Virus record (IMG/VR): IMGVR_UViG_3300009159_005817
Location: 62,001-122,425 of that record
DNA length: 60,425 bases
Source of the DNA: an uncultured virus (IMG/VR IMGVR_UViG_3300009159_005817)
Lineage: Duplodnaviria; Heunggongvirae; Uroviricota; Caudoviricetes
Reading direction: 5' to 3' (one strand)
Positions 10,068-19,052 of this stretch are shown one piece after another. Both the position numbers and the translations under genes were made by a program. The first letter of the stretch is position 1; every line of letters starts with the position of its first letter. The notes under the pieces are model-generated. The model made no database searches, was not told the origin of the DNA, and saw nothing but the letters and a program-made list of their open reading frames with translations.

Positions 10068-10283
10068 ATGCAAATAATTCGTAGTATATTTCCATTTAAA
10101 ATCGATCAACGAGTAGTAGATAGATTTATAGAAACCGGTGAAGTAGATGAACTTTACTTAAGAGTAATTTGCTTTAAGATTATAAAAAATAAAGAACTGA
10201 ACGAATTTGAAGATGTAATATTTCGAGGAAAAACCAAAGAAATAAACGAACTTATAATAGACATATCAAATTCAATTGACTAA
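10068..10283 (+). CDS. hypothetical protein
   Basis: 71-aa ORF. Confidence 0.5.
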   Translation: MQIIRSIFPFKIDQRVVDRFIETGEVDELYLRVICFKIIKNKELNEFEDVIFRGKTKEINELIIDISNSID

Positions 10284-10288
10284 TTAAT

Positions 10289-10924
10289 ATGGGATTTGTA
10301 ACAAGAACACTCAGAAAAACAATGTTGGCTACCACAAATTACGTGGATCCAAAAGAATCAATTCTTTTAGAATTAGGAACTCAAAACGCATTCAATGATT
10401 TGACTGAACCTGAGAAAATAGACAAATATCCTATACGAAATATACTACATCGATATTTCAAAGCCTATCATACACTAGATCTTCAAAAAGAAGATGGCGT
10501 AACAATCGTCGATTTATCCATATATCAACCTGGTTTATTTACAGCAAACATCATTACTAATATAGGAACAACAGAACATGTTGAATATGAACAAGGCCAA
10601 TTGAATTGTTGGAAGAATATACATAGTTGGTTAAAGATCGGTGGAATTATGATACATGAACTTCCTGAACTTGGCAGTTGGCCTGGTCATGGTAGATATT
10701 ATGCAACTCGAGAATTCTTTCAAAGTTTAGAAGATTATGGATATCAAATTCTAGAATTAGACGATCATAAATTTAACATAGGAAATTCTTTATGGTGTGT
10801 AATCCGAAAGGTAGAAGATGTTCCTTTTATGGATTACGATACATTCTTCTCTACTATGGCATTCGATCAAAGTGTTCCTCCTGCTGGGGTAATATCAAGC
10901 AATAACCCAAAAAACCTAATATAA
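10289..10924 (+). CDS. class I SAM-dependent methyltransferase
   Basis: LLELGTQ, TNIGTTEHV, LKIGGIMIHELP. Confidence 0.7.
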   Translation: MGFVTRTLRKTMLATTNYVDPKESILLELGTQNAFNDLTEPEKIDKYPIRNILHRYFKAYHTLDLQKEDGVTIVDLSIYQPGLFTANIITNIGTTEHVEYEQGQLNCWKNIHSWLKIGGIMIHELPELGSWPGHGRYYATREFFQSLEDYGYQILELDDHKFNIGNSLWCVIRKVEDVPFMDYDTFFSTMAFDQSVPPAGVISSNNPKNLI

Positions 10925-11068
10925 ATGATACGACGTTTAACCGCATTTATCGTGCTACTATTTTCTTTATTTACCTTTTTTCCTGCGATTTTTTTGCTTA
11001 TTGATGCAATGATTAATGGAGATAATTGCGTTGCTAGAAGATTGTTCCTAATAATAGCCGAAGATTGA
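10925..11068 (+). CDS. 47-aa membrane peptide (not in ORF track; possible lysis accessory)
   Basis: MIRRLTAFIVLLFSLFTFFPAIFLLIDAM..., directly upstream of the endolysin. Confidence 0.4.
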   Translation: MIRRLTAFIVLLFSLFTFFPAIFLLIDAMINGDNCVARRLFLIIAED

Positions 11069-11119
11069 TATAATCATCAAGAAGACAAAGTACGAAGATA
11101 AATAACATAAACGAATATT

Positions 11120-11944
11120 ATGTTATTGAAAAATGGATCTACTGGAGAAGACGTAAAAAAGCTTCAGACTAAATTAGGCTTAAATGCCGATGGTTCTTTT
11201 GGACCTGGAACAGAAGCTAAAGTTAAAGAATGGCAAAGTGCTAATGGTTTAACTGCCGATGGTATTGTTGGCGATGCTTCATGGGCTAAAATGTTTGGTA
11301 CTACTCCGATTGCTTCTGCACCAATTGTTATACCGGCTTCTTCTTTTAAATTAGCCGCTCTTAAAGGACATGTTCCTGATGCAGTTATTGCACAAATCCC
11401 TGATACGGCTGTAAAATTTAATATCACAACTCCTCTTCGTTTAGCTCATTTCTTAGCTCAATGCGGACATGAATCAGGTGGATTTAAAGCAGTTAATGAA
11501 AATCTAAATTATGGAGCAAAAGGTCTTCGAGGTACATTTGGTAAATACTTTCCAACCGATGCACTTGCTTCACAATATGAAAAAAAGCCAGAAAAAATAG
11601 CTAATCGAGTTTATTCATCTCGTATGGGTAATGGTGATGAGGCTTCTGGTGAAGGTTGGAAATATAAAGGTCGTGGATTTATTCAATTGACTGGAAAATC
11701 TAATTATGCAGCATTCGATAAAACCGTGGATGAAGATATTATTGCTACTCCGGATTTAGTTGCTACTAAATACCCTTTAATGTCTGCAGCATTCTTCTTC
11801 AATAATAACTCTCTTTGGACTATATGTGATAAAGGTGCTGATGTTGCAACGGTAACTGCAGTTACTAAACGAGTGAATGGTGGTACAATCGGTCTTGAAG
11901 ATCGCATCAAACATTTCAACGAATACTATAACCTACTTAAATAA
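11120..11944 (+). CDS. endolysin: N-terminal peptidoglycan-binding domain + GH19 catalytic domain
   Basis: LKNGSTGEDVKKLQ...ADGIVG; AHFLAQCGHES, ENLNY, YKGRGFIQLTG, TKRVNGG. Confidence 0.92.
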   Translation: MLLKNGSTGEDVKKLQTKLGLNADGSFGPGTEAKVKEWQSANGLTADGIVGDASWAKMFGTTPIASAPIVIPASSFKLAALKGHVPDAVIAQIPDTAVKFNITTPLRLAHFLAQCGHESGGFKAVNENLNYGAKGLRGTFGKYFPTDALASQYEKKPEKIANRVYSSRMGNGDEASGEGWKYKGRGFIQLTGKSNYAAFDKTVDEDIIATPDLVATKYPLMSAAFFFNNNSLWTICDKGADVATVTAVTKRVNGGTIGLEDRIKHFNEYYNLLK

Positions 11945-11946
11945 TT

Positions 11947-12231
11947 ATGGCAGACGAAAAAAATTCTACTTCAGGATTTACTGATACCTTCTTTTCTAAA
12001 TTAAAAGAGCAATCATTTACTATCATACTTATGATAGCCGTCATTTGGTATCAAGGTAAATTGATGGAAGAGAGAGTTGCGTATTGGCAAAAATTATATG
12101 AAGAGCAAAAAGCTTATACTGAGCAAAGTGTAAAAGAAGATAAACAAATTATGTTAGATCGAATTCGGTATCTTCAAGAACAACGAGATAAGTATGTTGA
12201 AGATGCAATAAACGAATTAAAAACAAAATAA
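11947..12231 (+). CDS. membrane-anchored coiled-coil protein (holin/spanin-like)
   Basis: Single TM then coiled coil; abuts the endolysin. Confidence 0.5.
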   Translation: MADEKNSTSGFTDTFFSKLKEQSFTIILMIAVIWYQGKLMEERVAYWQKLYEEQKAYTEQSVKEDKQIMLDRIRYLQEQRDKYVEDAINELKTK

Positions 12232-12238
12232 TACTAAT

Positions 12239-12979
12239 ATGCAAACTTACAACAGTTTAAAAGAATTTCAAGATGCAGTATACGCAGCTGCGGTAGGAAA
12301 ACAAAGCCTTAATGCAATGTGTTCTACTCAATGTAAAAAAGGAACGGTAAAATCTAAAGTTAGATCTTCCAATGATGATGGATCGTCGATGAATATGACT
12401 TCATCTAATCTAAGTTCAGTTGCACAAGATTATGTAGATAATCACCTTAAAGCAACTAAAAAAGTAAAACAAACTATTCAATTGACTGGTGATACGGTAT
12501 CATATACATTTCATAAAATAGATCAATCTAGTTCTAGAACAACTTGTAATATTTCTGTTGATCGAAGTTTTTCAATTACTGGTAATGTACAATATGGTGC
12601 TGCGAGTGTTACAGCAACTGCAGCATACTCAGATCATACCGATACGACAACAGATGATTATGAAAGTCATTATTCCGAAGATACTTGTACAATGACATTC
12701 AGTGGTTCAACTGGTACTGCCATAATTTATTACAACGCTTATACATGTAGTGATGCACCGACATTAAATGTTACTTATACATTTGATACCATCACAATTA
12801 AAGCATCATGTACTTACAAAGGTGATACTGGAATTCCATTTGATAATGGTAATGCTCGTCATGAAACAAGAACTTATAATCTAGCAGATCTAGGTTTTAG
12901 CGGACCAGTATGTATTAAAACTCCTACCGTTTTCGATGTTAGTTGTTCTGACGAATGGGTAAGTAAAGAAATGAAGTAG
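12239..12979 (+). CDS. Ser/Thr-rich beta protein, candidate aerolysin/ETX-MTX2-like pore-forming protein
   Basis: Alternating amphipathic hairpin ISVDRSFSITGNVQYGAASVTATAAYS flanked by S/T-rich strands. Confidence 0.4.
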   Translation: MQTYNSLKEFQDAVYAAAVGKQSLNAMCSTQCKKGTVKSKVRSSNDDGSSMNMTSSNLSSVAQDYVDNHLKATKKVKQTIQLTGDTVSYTFHKIDQSSSRTTCNISVDRSFSITGNVQYGAASVTATAAYSDHTDTTTDDYESHYSEDTCTMTFSGSTGTAIIYYNAYTCSDAPTLNVTYTFDTITIKASCTYKGDTGIPFDNGNARHETRTYNLADLGFSGPVCIKTPTVFDVSCSDEWVSKEMK

Positions 12980-12994
12980 TAGCATATAATAAAT

Positions 12995-14017
12995 ATGCAA
13001 ATCTCTAATTATTTTAGTAAAGACAATCACCAAAGAGAAAGTAAACTCTTTGGTGAATTGTTATATTGTGGACACACTCAGCTAGTCCCACGAAATTTAG
13101 ATTATTCAGTTTTAGCTAATACTGATAATCGATGGACTCTCATCAATAGAGATTATCAATATTTCATACAATCAAATGTTTGCTTACATCGACAAGGTGA
13201 AATTTGTAGTGGAAGCGGAAGCGGTAAAACGATGATGTGTAAAGCTCATTGTTGGACATATGACGTTGATGGTAAAATAAAAGGAACTCCTCATTTTGAA
13301 GAGAAGGTTGTTGGTGCACTAGAAAGAAAATCCCTAATCAATTTGAATGGTGCTCTTTTTTCAGGTCATGTGAATAATCTTATAGATCTAAAAGAAACTG
13401 GAGTAGATCATCTTATAGACCTTCATAAATATGATTTTGATAGCTCATCAAAGACAGAATATGCATTTAATTGGAAAACTTTCGCTGAGGTTTATTTAGA
13501 AAATCTTCACATCTATGCAATGCATCCTGGATTACGTAAATTTGTAGATCCGCAAATACTCGAATGGCAATTTGGTCAACAATGGTCACTACAAAAAATT
13601 GGTATTCGTCCTGATCTAAATGGTAATGATTCTGCATCATATACTGATATGATAGACTCTCTTAAACGAGACGGTATCACACCGGAATTTGGAGCAGTTT
13701 GGATTTACATATATCCTAATATCATGATTGAATGGTACCCTAAAACAATTGCCATCTCTACCATTTATTCACCTGAACCAGAAGTTACCACCAATTATGT
13801 AGATCTTTTCTTTGAGAAAGGAACCACTGAAGAATTTAAAGAGATATTCAAACGAGTATACGCTGAAACGGCATTAGAAGACGAAGAAGCCTGTAGTATT
13901 ATACATCGTGGTCGAAGAGCACTTTGGTTAAATGGAGAAACTGAAGGTGGACCCGTTCAACCTAAGCTAGAAGCCGGAGTAAAACACTTTTGGGATTGGT
14001 ATAGCGATCAATCATAA
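12995..14017 (+). CDS. Rieske non-heme iron oxygenase alpha subunit (choline-monooxygenase-like)
   Basis: CLH...CKAHCW Rieske ligands; NWK, ENLHIYAMH and EDEEAC mononuclear Fe ligands. Confidence 0.88.
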   Translation: MQISNYFSKDNHQRESKLFGELLYCGHTQLVPRNLDYSVLANTDNRWTLINRDYQYFIQSNVCLHRQGEICSGSGSGKTMMCKAHCWTYDVDGKIKGTPHFEEKVVGALERKSLINLNGALFSGHVNNLIDLKETGVDHLIDLHKYDFDSSSKTEYAFNWKTFAEVYLENLHIYAMHPGLRKFVDPQILEWQFGQQWSLQKIGIRPDLNGNDSASYTDMIDSLKRDGITPEFGAVWIYIYPNIMIEWYPKTIAISTIYSPEPEVTTNYVDLFFEKGTTEEFKEIFKRVYAETALEDEEACSIIHRGRRALWLNGETEGGPVQPKLEAGVKHFWDWYSDQS

Positions 14018-14038
14018 CTTATTAACAATCAAATAAAT

Positions 14039-14062
14039 AGTCGATCTTAATGATTGACTTTT
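14039..14062 (+). terminator. putative intrinsic terminator
   Basis: AGTCGATC-TTAAT-GATTGACT followed by T run. Confidence 0.45.
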
Positions 14063-14084
14063 GTCATATAAATAAAAAATCAAT

Positions 14085-14414
14085 ATGTATAATAACCGTA
14101 GAAAATCATCAATGAAGAATTTGTTACTAATTGGATTAGTCTTGTGGATTGCGTTGTTAGGGTTTGCTTGGTTTGCCGATCAAGGTGAATTAGTTATTAT
14201 GAATCGTAAATATCTAAAAACTCAATTTACTTTGGATTCGATAAATATGGAACGCCAAAAATATATACAAACAATATCCGAATTAGAAGAAGATCTTCAA
14301 GATATACAAACTTCCATGAAAAAAACCGAAGATCAATTGATGCGATTGAATAAATTATATTGGATTGAAAAAAGTAAAAACGACACAACTATAAAAACCG
14401 AAACAAATGAGTAG
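14085..14414 (+). CDS. membrane-anchored coiled-coil protein
   Basis: N-terminal TM plus heptads; TATAAATA at 14067. Confidence 0.6.
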   Translation: MYNNRRKSSMKNLLLIGLVLWIALLGFAWFADQGELVIMNRKYLKTQFTLDSINMERQKYIQTISELEEDLQDIQTSMKKTEDQLMRLNKLYWIEKSKNDTTIKTETNE

Positions 14415-14646
14415 ATACCAATCACAAAAAGACAATTTACAAATAGCCTATGGATTCGATCATGCATTAGGTTATTGGTACGACATGTGGGATACCAACC
14501 AACGAGAATCCGATGGATCTCCTCGACATATAGAAGAAGGATCTTCTATGAGGCGAATGTCTAGAGATACATTCGCTAGTCGACTAATGGAATTTCCCAT
14601 ATCACCTGATCATCTGCAAGCAATTGCACTAGATCTTCCCTTTTAA
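14407..14646 (+). CDS. hypothetical protein
   Basis: 79-aa ORF, YGFDH..GYW...LDLPF. Confidence 0.6.
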   Translation: MSRYQSQKDNLQIAYGFDHALGYWYDMWDTNQRESDGSPRHIEEGSSMRRMSRDTFASRLMEFPISPDHLQAIALDLPF

Positions 14647-14680
14647 CTCCTTCTCACCTTAAAAAATAAATACAACAAAA

Positions 14681-15070
14681 ATGGAAACGACAACAATCGT
14701 AGTGTTAAGCGTAGCAAGCACTCTAGTAATCATTGGACTAATAGCAATGGTAAACGGGTTACGTAAGGCACACAAACAAATCACCCACCTATTAGAAACT
14801 TCAAATTCAAGTATTCGCCATCATGAAGAAATTCACGATCGAATAAGTGAAGAGAATGAAAACCTGAATCGAATCATTTGCACTATGGAAAATAACATCC
14901 ATCGTCGTATAGATGAAACTCTACAACAAGCCGACCAGCAATATGCAAATATTTCTCGTCACGCTGAAGAAACCTGGAAAGAAAATCAATCCGATTTAGA
15001 TCGTCGATTTGATCGTCTTTATAATAAAATATACGAGGCATTACCTCAATTGAAAGAAAAAACTAATTAA
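14681..15070 (+). CDS. membrane-anchored coiled-coil protein
   Basis: N-terminal TM, helical C-terminus ending DRRFDRL. Confidence 0.65.
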   Translation: METTTIVVLSVASTLVIIGLIAMVNGLRKAHKQITHLLETSNSSIRHHEEIHDRISEENENLNRIICTMENNIHRRIDETLQQADQQYANISRHAEETWKENQSDLDRRFDRLYNKIYEALPQLKEKTN

Positions 15071-15091
15071 CAATTAATCGAGAAGGAGTTC

Positions 15092-15120
15092 AGAGAGGGT
15101 TCTAACGAACCCTCTCTTTT
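15092..15120 (+). terminator. intrinsic terminator
   Basis: Perfect 11-bp stem AGAGAGGGTTC-TAAC-GAACCCTCTCT then TTT. Confidence 0.8.
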
Positions 15121-15146
15121 CATATAAATTAAATATTCCTTATAAA

Positions 15147-15902
15147 ATGAAATCTATACTAATTGTAATTATGTTCTTGGCATCTACTGCCTTTGCACAA
15201 GATACTTCAAAGATCAATCCAATCAAAATACAAATTGGTCTTGGCGGAAATTATACTGATGGAAATGCTAAAATACTTGGATTCAATACCAACAATTCTA
15301 TTACATATACCTCACTAAATCGTGAGTGGTCTTTGCTGCCATCATTTATTTACTCACAAGTACAACAAGATAATGAGTTCAAACCCAGACAGCGAGAACT
15401 ATACATAACCGGTGCTGTTCAAGAAAGACGAGGTTCCGACAAAATTATTTCGGCTTTTGAACTAGAGACTTCATTAGTAAAACAAATCCGATTAAGAACA
15501 TCAATTGGTCTTGGATGGAGTTTCGATATAATTCGAACACCTAAAACTAAATTCATCATATCCGAAGCCGCTGTATATGAATCATATTTATCAGATTTGA
15601 TAATTGATAAAAACCTACAATCGCTTAGAGCATCTACTCGAATTAGATTTTCCACTAATGGGAAAGTCAATACCGATTTTGTAGCACTTATACAACCTTC
15701 AATATGGAATGATCGAGGAGTTAGTGCAGCTAATAATACAAATTCTCGCATATCTGCAACGATTGCTATACCAGTTACCAAGAAATTACAATTTGGAATA
15801 ACCTCTACATTTATTGGATCTACCTATTCAAATTTCATTAATTCTGGAATCAATCCCGCTGACATAAATACAACTTTTTCACTCATATATAAAAATCTAT
15901 AA
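15147..15902 (+). CDS. outer-membrane beta-barrel protein (DUF481-like)
   Basis: Signal peptide AFA-Q; GGNYTDGN; alternating beta strands; C-terminal FSLIYK. Confidence 0.7.
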   Translation: MKSILIVIMFLASTAFAQDTSKINPIKIQIGLGGNYTDGNAKILGFNTNNSITYTSLNREWSLLPSFIYSQVQQDNEFKPRQRELYITGAVQERRGSDKIISAFELETSLVKQIRLRTSIGLGWSFDIIRTPKTKFIISEAAVYESYLSDLIIDKNLQSLRASTRIRFSTNGKVNTDFVALIQPSIWNDRGVSAANNTNSRISATIAIPVTKKLQFGITSTFIGSTYSNFINSGINPADINTTFSLIYKNL

Positions 15903-15904
15903 AC

Positions 15905-16135
15905 ATGATAATATCAATAATTGGCTTAATCGCTACACTCATCACAATAGGATCATTCCTATTTAAAGAAATCAAAGACATTCGAATGGTTAATTTCATT
16001 GGCTGTTTGGTTTGGTTATTATATGGATCGTTAAAGCTCGATTTTCCGGTCATAACGGTAAATTCTGCTATTGCTCTGATACACCTATATTCATTTATAA
16101 AATCCGAAGATGATAACAATTCTATCGGTAGCTAA
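15905..16135 (+). CDS. small 3-TM membrane protein (YgjV/PQ-loop-like)
   Basis: IRMVNFIGCLVWLLYG...PVITVN. Confidence 0.6.
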   Translation: MIISIIGLIATLITIGSFLFKEIKDIRMVNFIGCLVWLLYGSLKLDFPVITVNSAIALIHLYSFIKSEDDNNSIGS

Positions 16136-16313
16136 TTTAGTTAATTATATTGTAATTGGTGCCATTTTGGCATTCATTTCCGATATAACTATGAGATACA
16201 TTATCAAAAAACCTGAACTAGAATTTACTAACGTCGAAAGATGTGCCATCATTGCGCTTTGGCCTATATACGTGGCAATCATTATATTAGGAAATTCAAA
16301 ATCAAAAAAATAG
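16110..16313 (+). CDS. small membrane protein
   Basis: Two TM segments, LWP motif. Confidence 0.55.
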   Translation: MITILSVANLVNYIVIGAILAFISDITMRYIIKKPELEFTNVERCAIIALWPIYVAIIILGNSKSKK

Positions 16314-16317
16314 AAAC

Positions 16318-16536
16318 ATGCTAAATTATTTCAAACAACCTAAAACCCGAGCTATCATTTCCACTATATTGGTAGTTGTGGGAACCACTCTTTCCATCGA
16401 AGCTGCTCTATGGTTAGTATTCAATTATGGACGAGAGCTAATGGCCTTCACGGTTATTCTCGCTATGGCTTGGTTAAGTCGTAGTATATACTTTTCGTAT
16501 TTGGAAAAATATCGCAAAGAAAAAGAAACAAAATAG
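16318..16536 (+). CDS. small membrane protein
   Basis: Two TM segments. Confidence 0.55.
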   Translation: MLNYFKQPKTRAIISTILVVVGTTLSIEAALWLVFNYGRELMAFTVILAMAWLSRSIYFSYLEKYRKEKETK

Positions 16537-16542
16537 TCAATC

Positions 16543-16776
16543 ATGCAATATTATATAGGCATATTACCAGAAGATCGAGGTCGACTTAGATCCACGATAG
16601 AGTTTTTAAATGACAATCCCAATTGGCGATGGCAGGTTAAAGTCTTATCAGAATTTGACGATCCTGATGGATATTATACATTCCAAATGGAAGGGAATGA
16701 GGAGACTTATCGACACTTTCTTCGACTCTCTACTAACGAAGGATTTGTCAAATCTCTTAATCATTATGAAGAGTAG
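16543..16776 (+). CDS. hypothetical protein
   Basis: 77-aa ORF. Confidence 0.55.
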   Translation: MQYYIGILPEDRGRLRSTIEFLNDNPNWRWQVKVLSEFDDPDGYYTFQMEGNEETYRHFLRLSTNEGFVKSLNHYEE

Positions 16777-17023
16777 TTGGTTCGTTTATATAGTTCGTTG
16801 CTCTGATGGAACTCTGTATACCGGAATCACCGTTGACCTTCAAAAACGAGTGGCCTCTCACAACTCCAAGAAAGGAGCTAAATATACTGCGACTCGAACT
16901 CCTGTCGAGTTAGTTTGGTCTCAACCTTCAGAAACGAGATCCACTGCCGCGAAAGAAGAGTGGAGAATAAAACAGCTTTCCCGTACAGAAAAACTCGCCT
17001 TAATAGATAATCTTATATTATAA
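16766..17023 (+). CDS. GIY-YIG nuclease, UPF0213/YhbQ-like
   Basis: WFVYIVRCSDGTLYTGIT..L.KRV..HN..KGAKYT..R.PVEL; start re-placed at MKSSW. Confidence 0.88.
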   Translation: MKSSWFVYIVRCSDGTLYTGITVDLQKRVASHNSKKGAKYTATRTPVELVWSQPSETRSTAAKEEWRIKQLSRTEKLALIDNLIL

Positions 17024-17500
17024 TAATCTAGTACAGATCACTCCCTTGCAAGTAGAGTAAATAAAAAGTTTGCTCACTCTAAACACACTCTTCTAATATA
17101 ATCTACTACATCTTATATAGGATAAACCGCTTTATATAGAAGGTAATACGCTATATAAGGTAATAATCTATATAGATAACTCTCCTCCTCGTCTGACTAG
17201 TCGTGGTGTTGTGAGCGGAGAAATCCGGTAAGCCACGGAGGAAGCCGGTATTTGCAGATCCGCTTATAGTGACACCTTTTGTTTTCCGCATTCTCACAAA
17301 GATTTGCCGCATATACCAACGAGCCGTTAAGTACCGAGGAATCCATAATCGTAATGGCTCTCAATCACCCAGGGCTCGTTGCTAACTCCCATCACCAAAG
17401 CTACTCCGTCCACAACCCGCCTACCCTTATATAGTGATAATTGGATCCGGTGGTAATTCCGCCTTACCTTATATAAGGAATATTGAATCCAGTAGCGATT
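17024..17500. repeat. non-coding block with ~19-bp TATATAG iterations and a 42-bp tandem duplication
   Basis: TATATA(G/A) at 17114, 17133, 17152, 17169; imperfect duplicate at 17417-17458 / 17459-17500. Confidence 0.6.
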
Positions 17501-17504
17501 AAGA

Positions 17505-17560
17505 TGTTAATAACTTTCTCACAAAACATTTTTTTATTACAACCTTTTTTATTATATTTG
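17505..17560 (+). promoter_or_regulatory. composite promoter copy 4
   Basis: TGTTAATAAC at 17505, TATATTTG at 17553 (48 bp). Confidence 0.8.
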
Positions 17561-17586
17561 TATATACATAATAACTAATACACTAT

Positions 17587-17865
17587 ATGGAAGAACAAGA
17601 AGATTTTAATCAGGAACTCGATCCTGTACAAAAGGCCGAGTTAGAATTACAATATCAAGAAGAAATAGGAAAGGCCATGAGAAGTGCATTTGCTTATATA
17701 GAGGAAGATCTAGGCTGGGAGGCTTGGATCGAGAATCGAGTGATTGGTGACGCGGCCAAGAAGCGGAGAATCCTCGATAATATGATGAAATGGTTTGCTT
17801 CTCCAGAGGTGGAGGAATATGAGAAATCCGCTCGCATCAAAAGGGCTATTGATACTCTCGTATAG
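17587..17865 (+). CDS. hypothetical protein with C-terminal UVR-like motif
   Basis: EEYEKSARIK..I. Confidence 0.55.
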   Translation: MEEQEDFNQELDPVQKAELELQYQEEIGKAMRSAFAYIEEDLGWEAWIENRVIGDAAKKRRILDNMMKWFASPEVEEYEKSARIKRAIDTLV

Positions 17866-17867
17866 GT

Positions 17868-17945
17868 TGTTAATAACTTTGTTAATAAGTTTTGAAACAA
17901 ATAGTAAAATAAATTTTTTTATTCCACAAATAAGTATTATATTTA
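17868..17945 (+). promoter_or_regulatory. composite promoter copy 5 (two tandem boxes)
   Basis: TGTTAATAA at 17868 and 17880; TATATTTA at 17938 (58 bp from the second box). Confidence 0.75.
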
Positions 17946-17977
17946 TATATTATTTAATTAACTTAAAAAAGATCTAT

Positions 17978-18232
17978 ATGCAAATCAATCAAATTAAAAC
18001 CGGTTCCTTTATTCGTAACAGCGGTGGATTTACCTTCCACGTAACACTTACCGAGAAGTTCGCTCACCTTCACCCTATCGATGATAACACATCTACCTCA
18101 ACGAAGGTACTACCTATAGCGGTATTCAATCAGTTAATTCGTAATCACAACTTCGTTACCGTTACCAATCCCAATAACGCACACGAAAGAATTCTTACTA
18201 AATCATATGGATCAAGATTATTAACACAATAA
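17978..18232 (+). CDS. hypothetical protein
   Basis: Start re-placed at MQINQ after the promoter. Confidence 0.6.
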   Translation: MQINQIKTGSFIRNSGGFTFHVTLTEKFAHLHPIDDNTSTSTKVLPIAVFNQLIRNHNFVTVTNPNNAHERILTKSYGSRLLTQ

Positions 18233-18288
18233 TGTTAATAACTTTCCCATCAAACATTTTTTTATACCAAAAAAAAGTATTATATTTA
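18218..18288 (+). promoter_or_regulatory. composite promoter copy 6 (inverted pair of boxes)
   Basis: TTATTAACA(18218)-caataa-TGTTAATAAC(18233); TATATTTA at 18281 (48 bp). Confidence 0.8.
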
Positions 18289-18328
18289 TACTATATTTAA
18301 AAATCAAATAAAACAAAAAAAATCAATT

Positions 18329-18646
18329 ATGGCAAAATCATCTAGAGGCGGATTAACAGTTTACGATAAACAAGATGTGGTAATATCACAATTCGCAAAA
18401 ATCGTACGTAACGAACAATACAGAAAAGAACCAACATGGTTCGAACAACAGGTAATCGATTCTAAACAACGTACTGCGGATTATCAAAAACGTATGGTGA
18501 ACAACCCACCTCAACCCCGTATCTCACACTATAATCCAGACAATATCTTAAATCGCACCAGACACTTATCTGCGGAAGATCGTAAAATCGCAATCAAACA
18601 ATTTCTTAAAGAAGAAAAGGCTGCTAATAATTTAATCAATCAGTAA
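18329..18646 (+). CDS. hypothetical protein
   Basis: 105-aa ORF after promoter. Confidence 0.6.
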   Translation: MAKSSRGGLTVYDKQDVVISQFAKIVRNEQYRKEPTWFEQQVIDSKQRTADYQKRMVNNPPQPRISHYNPDNILNRTRHLSAEDRKIAIKQFLKEEKAANNLINQ

Positions 18647-18666
18647 TCTCTAAATAAAAAAAACAT

Positions 18667-18990
18667 ATGTCAGCAAGACCACACTCCCTAAATGATGAAT
18701 TACCTTCTAATCCAAATATTAGAAGAGATCAATACAAACGTATACTTGGTATTCTTAAAATACATCGTGATCGTCCTCAATTAGCTTTCGATCTTATAAG
18801 AGATTACGCTAAAGGTGTAGATAAGGTGAAAACCGTTTTCCTATACCCCAATGGTACTGGTGATATCCCAACCGAAATTCGAGTAGTTTCTGAAGGTTCA
18901 CATACCGAATCTATGGCTACACAAATCATGACTACCGTTTATTCATTTCCTTTCGAACGTCCTGAAATCGTTGAACCACCCGTATTGTAG
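18667..18990 (+). CDS. hypothetical protein
   Basis: 107-aa ORF. Confidence 0.6.
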   Translation: MSARPHSLNDELPSNPNIRRDQYKRILGILKIHRDRPQLAFDLIRDYAKGVDKVKTVFLYPNGTGDIPTEIRVVSEGSHTESMATQIMTTVYSFPFERPEIVEPPVL

Positions 18991-19052
18991 AATACATATA
19001 ATAATAAACCACTCCACTCTCACACAGACGGTGGACTAAAAACAACCAATCA

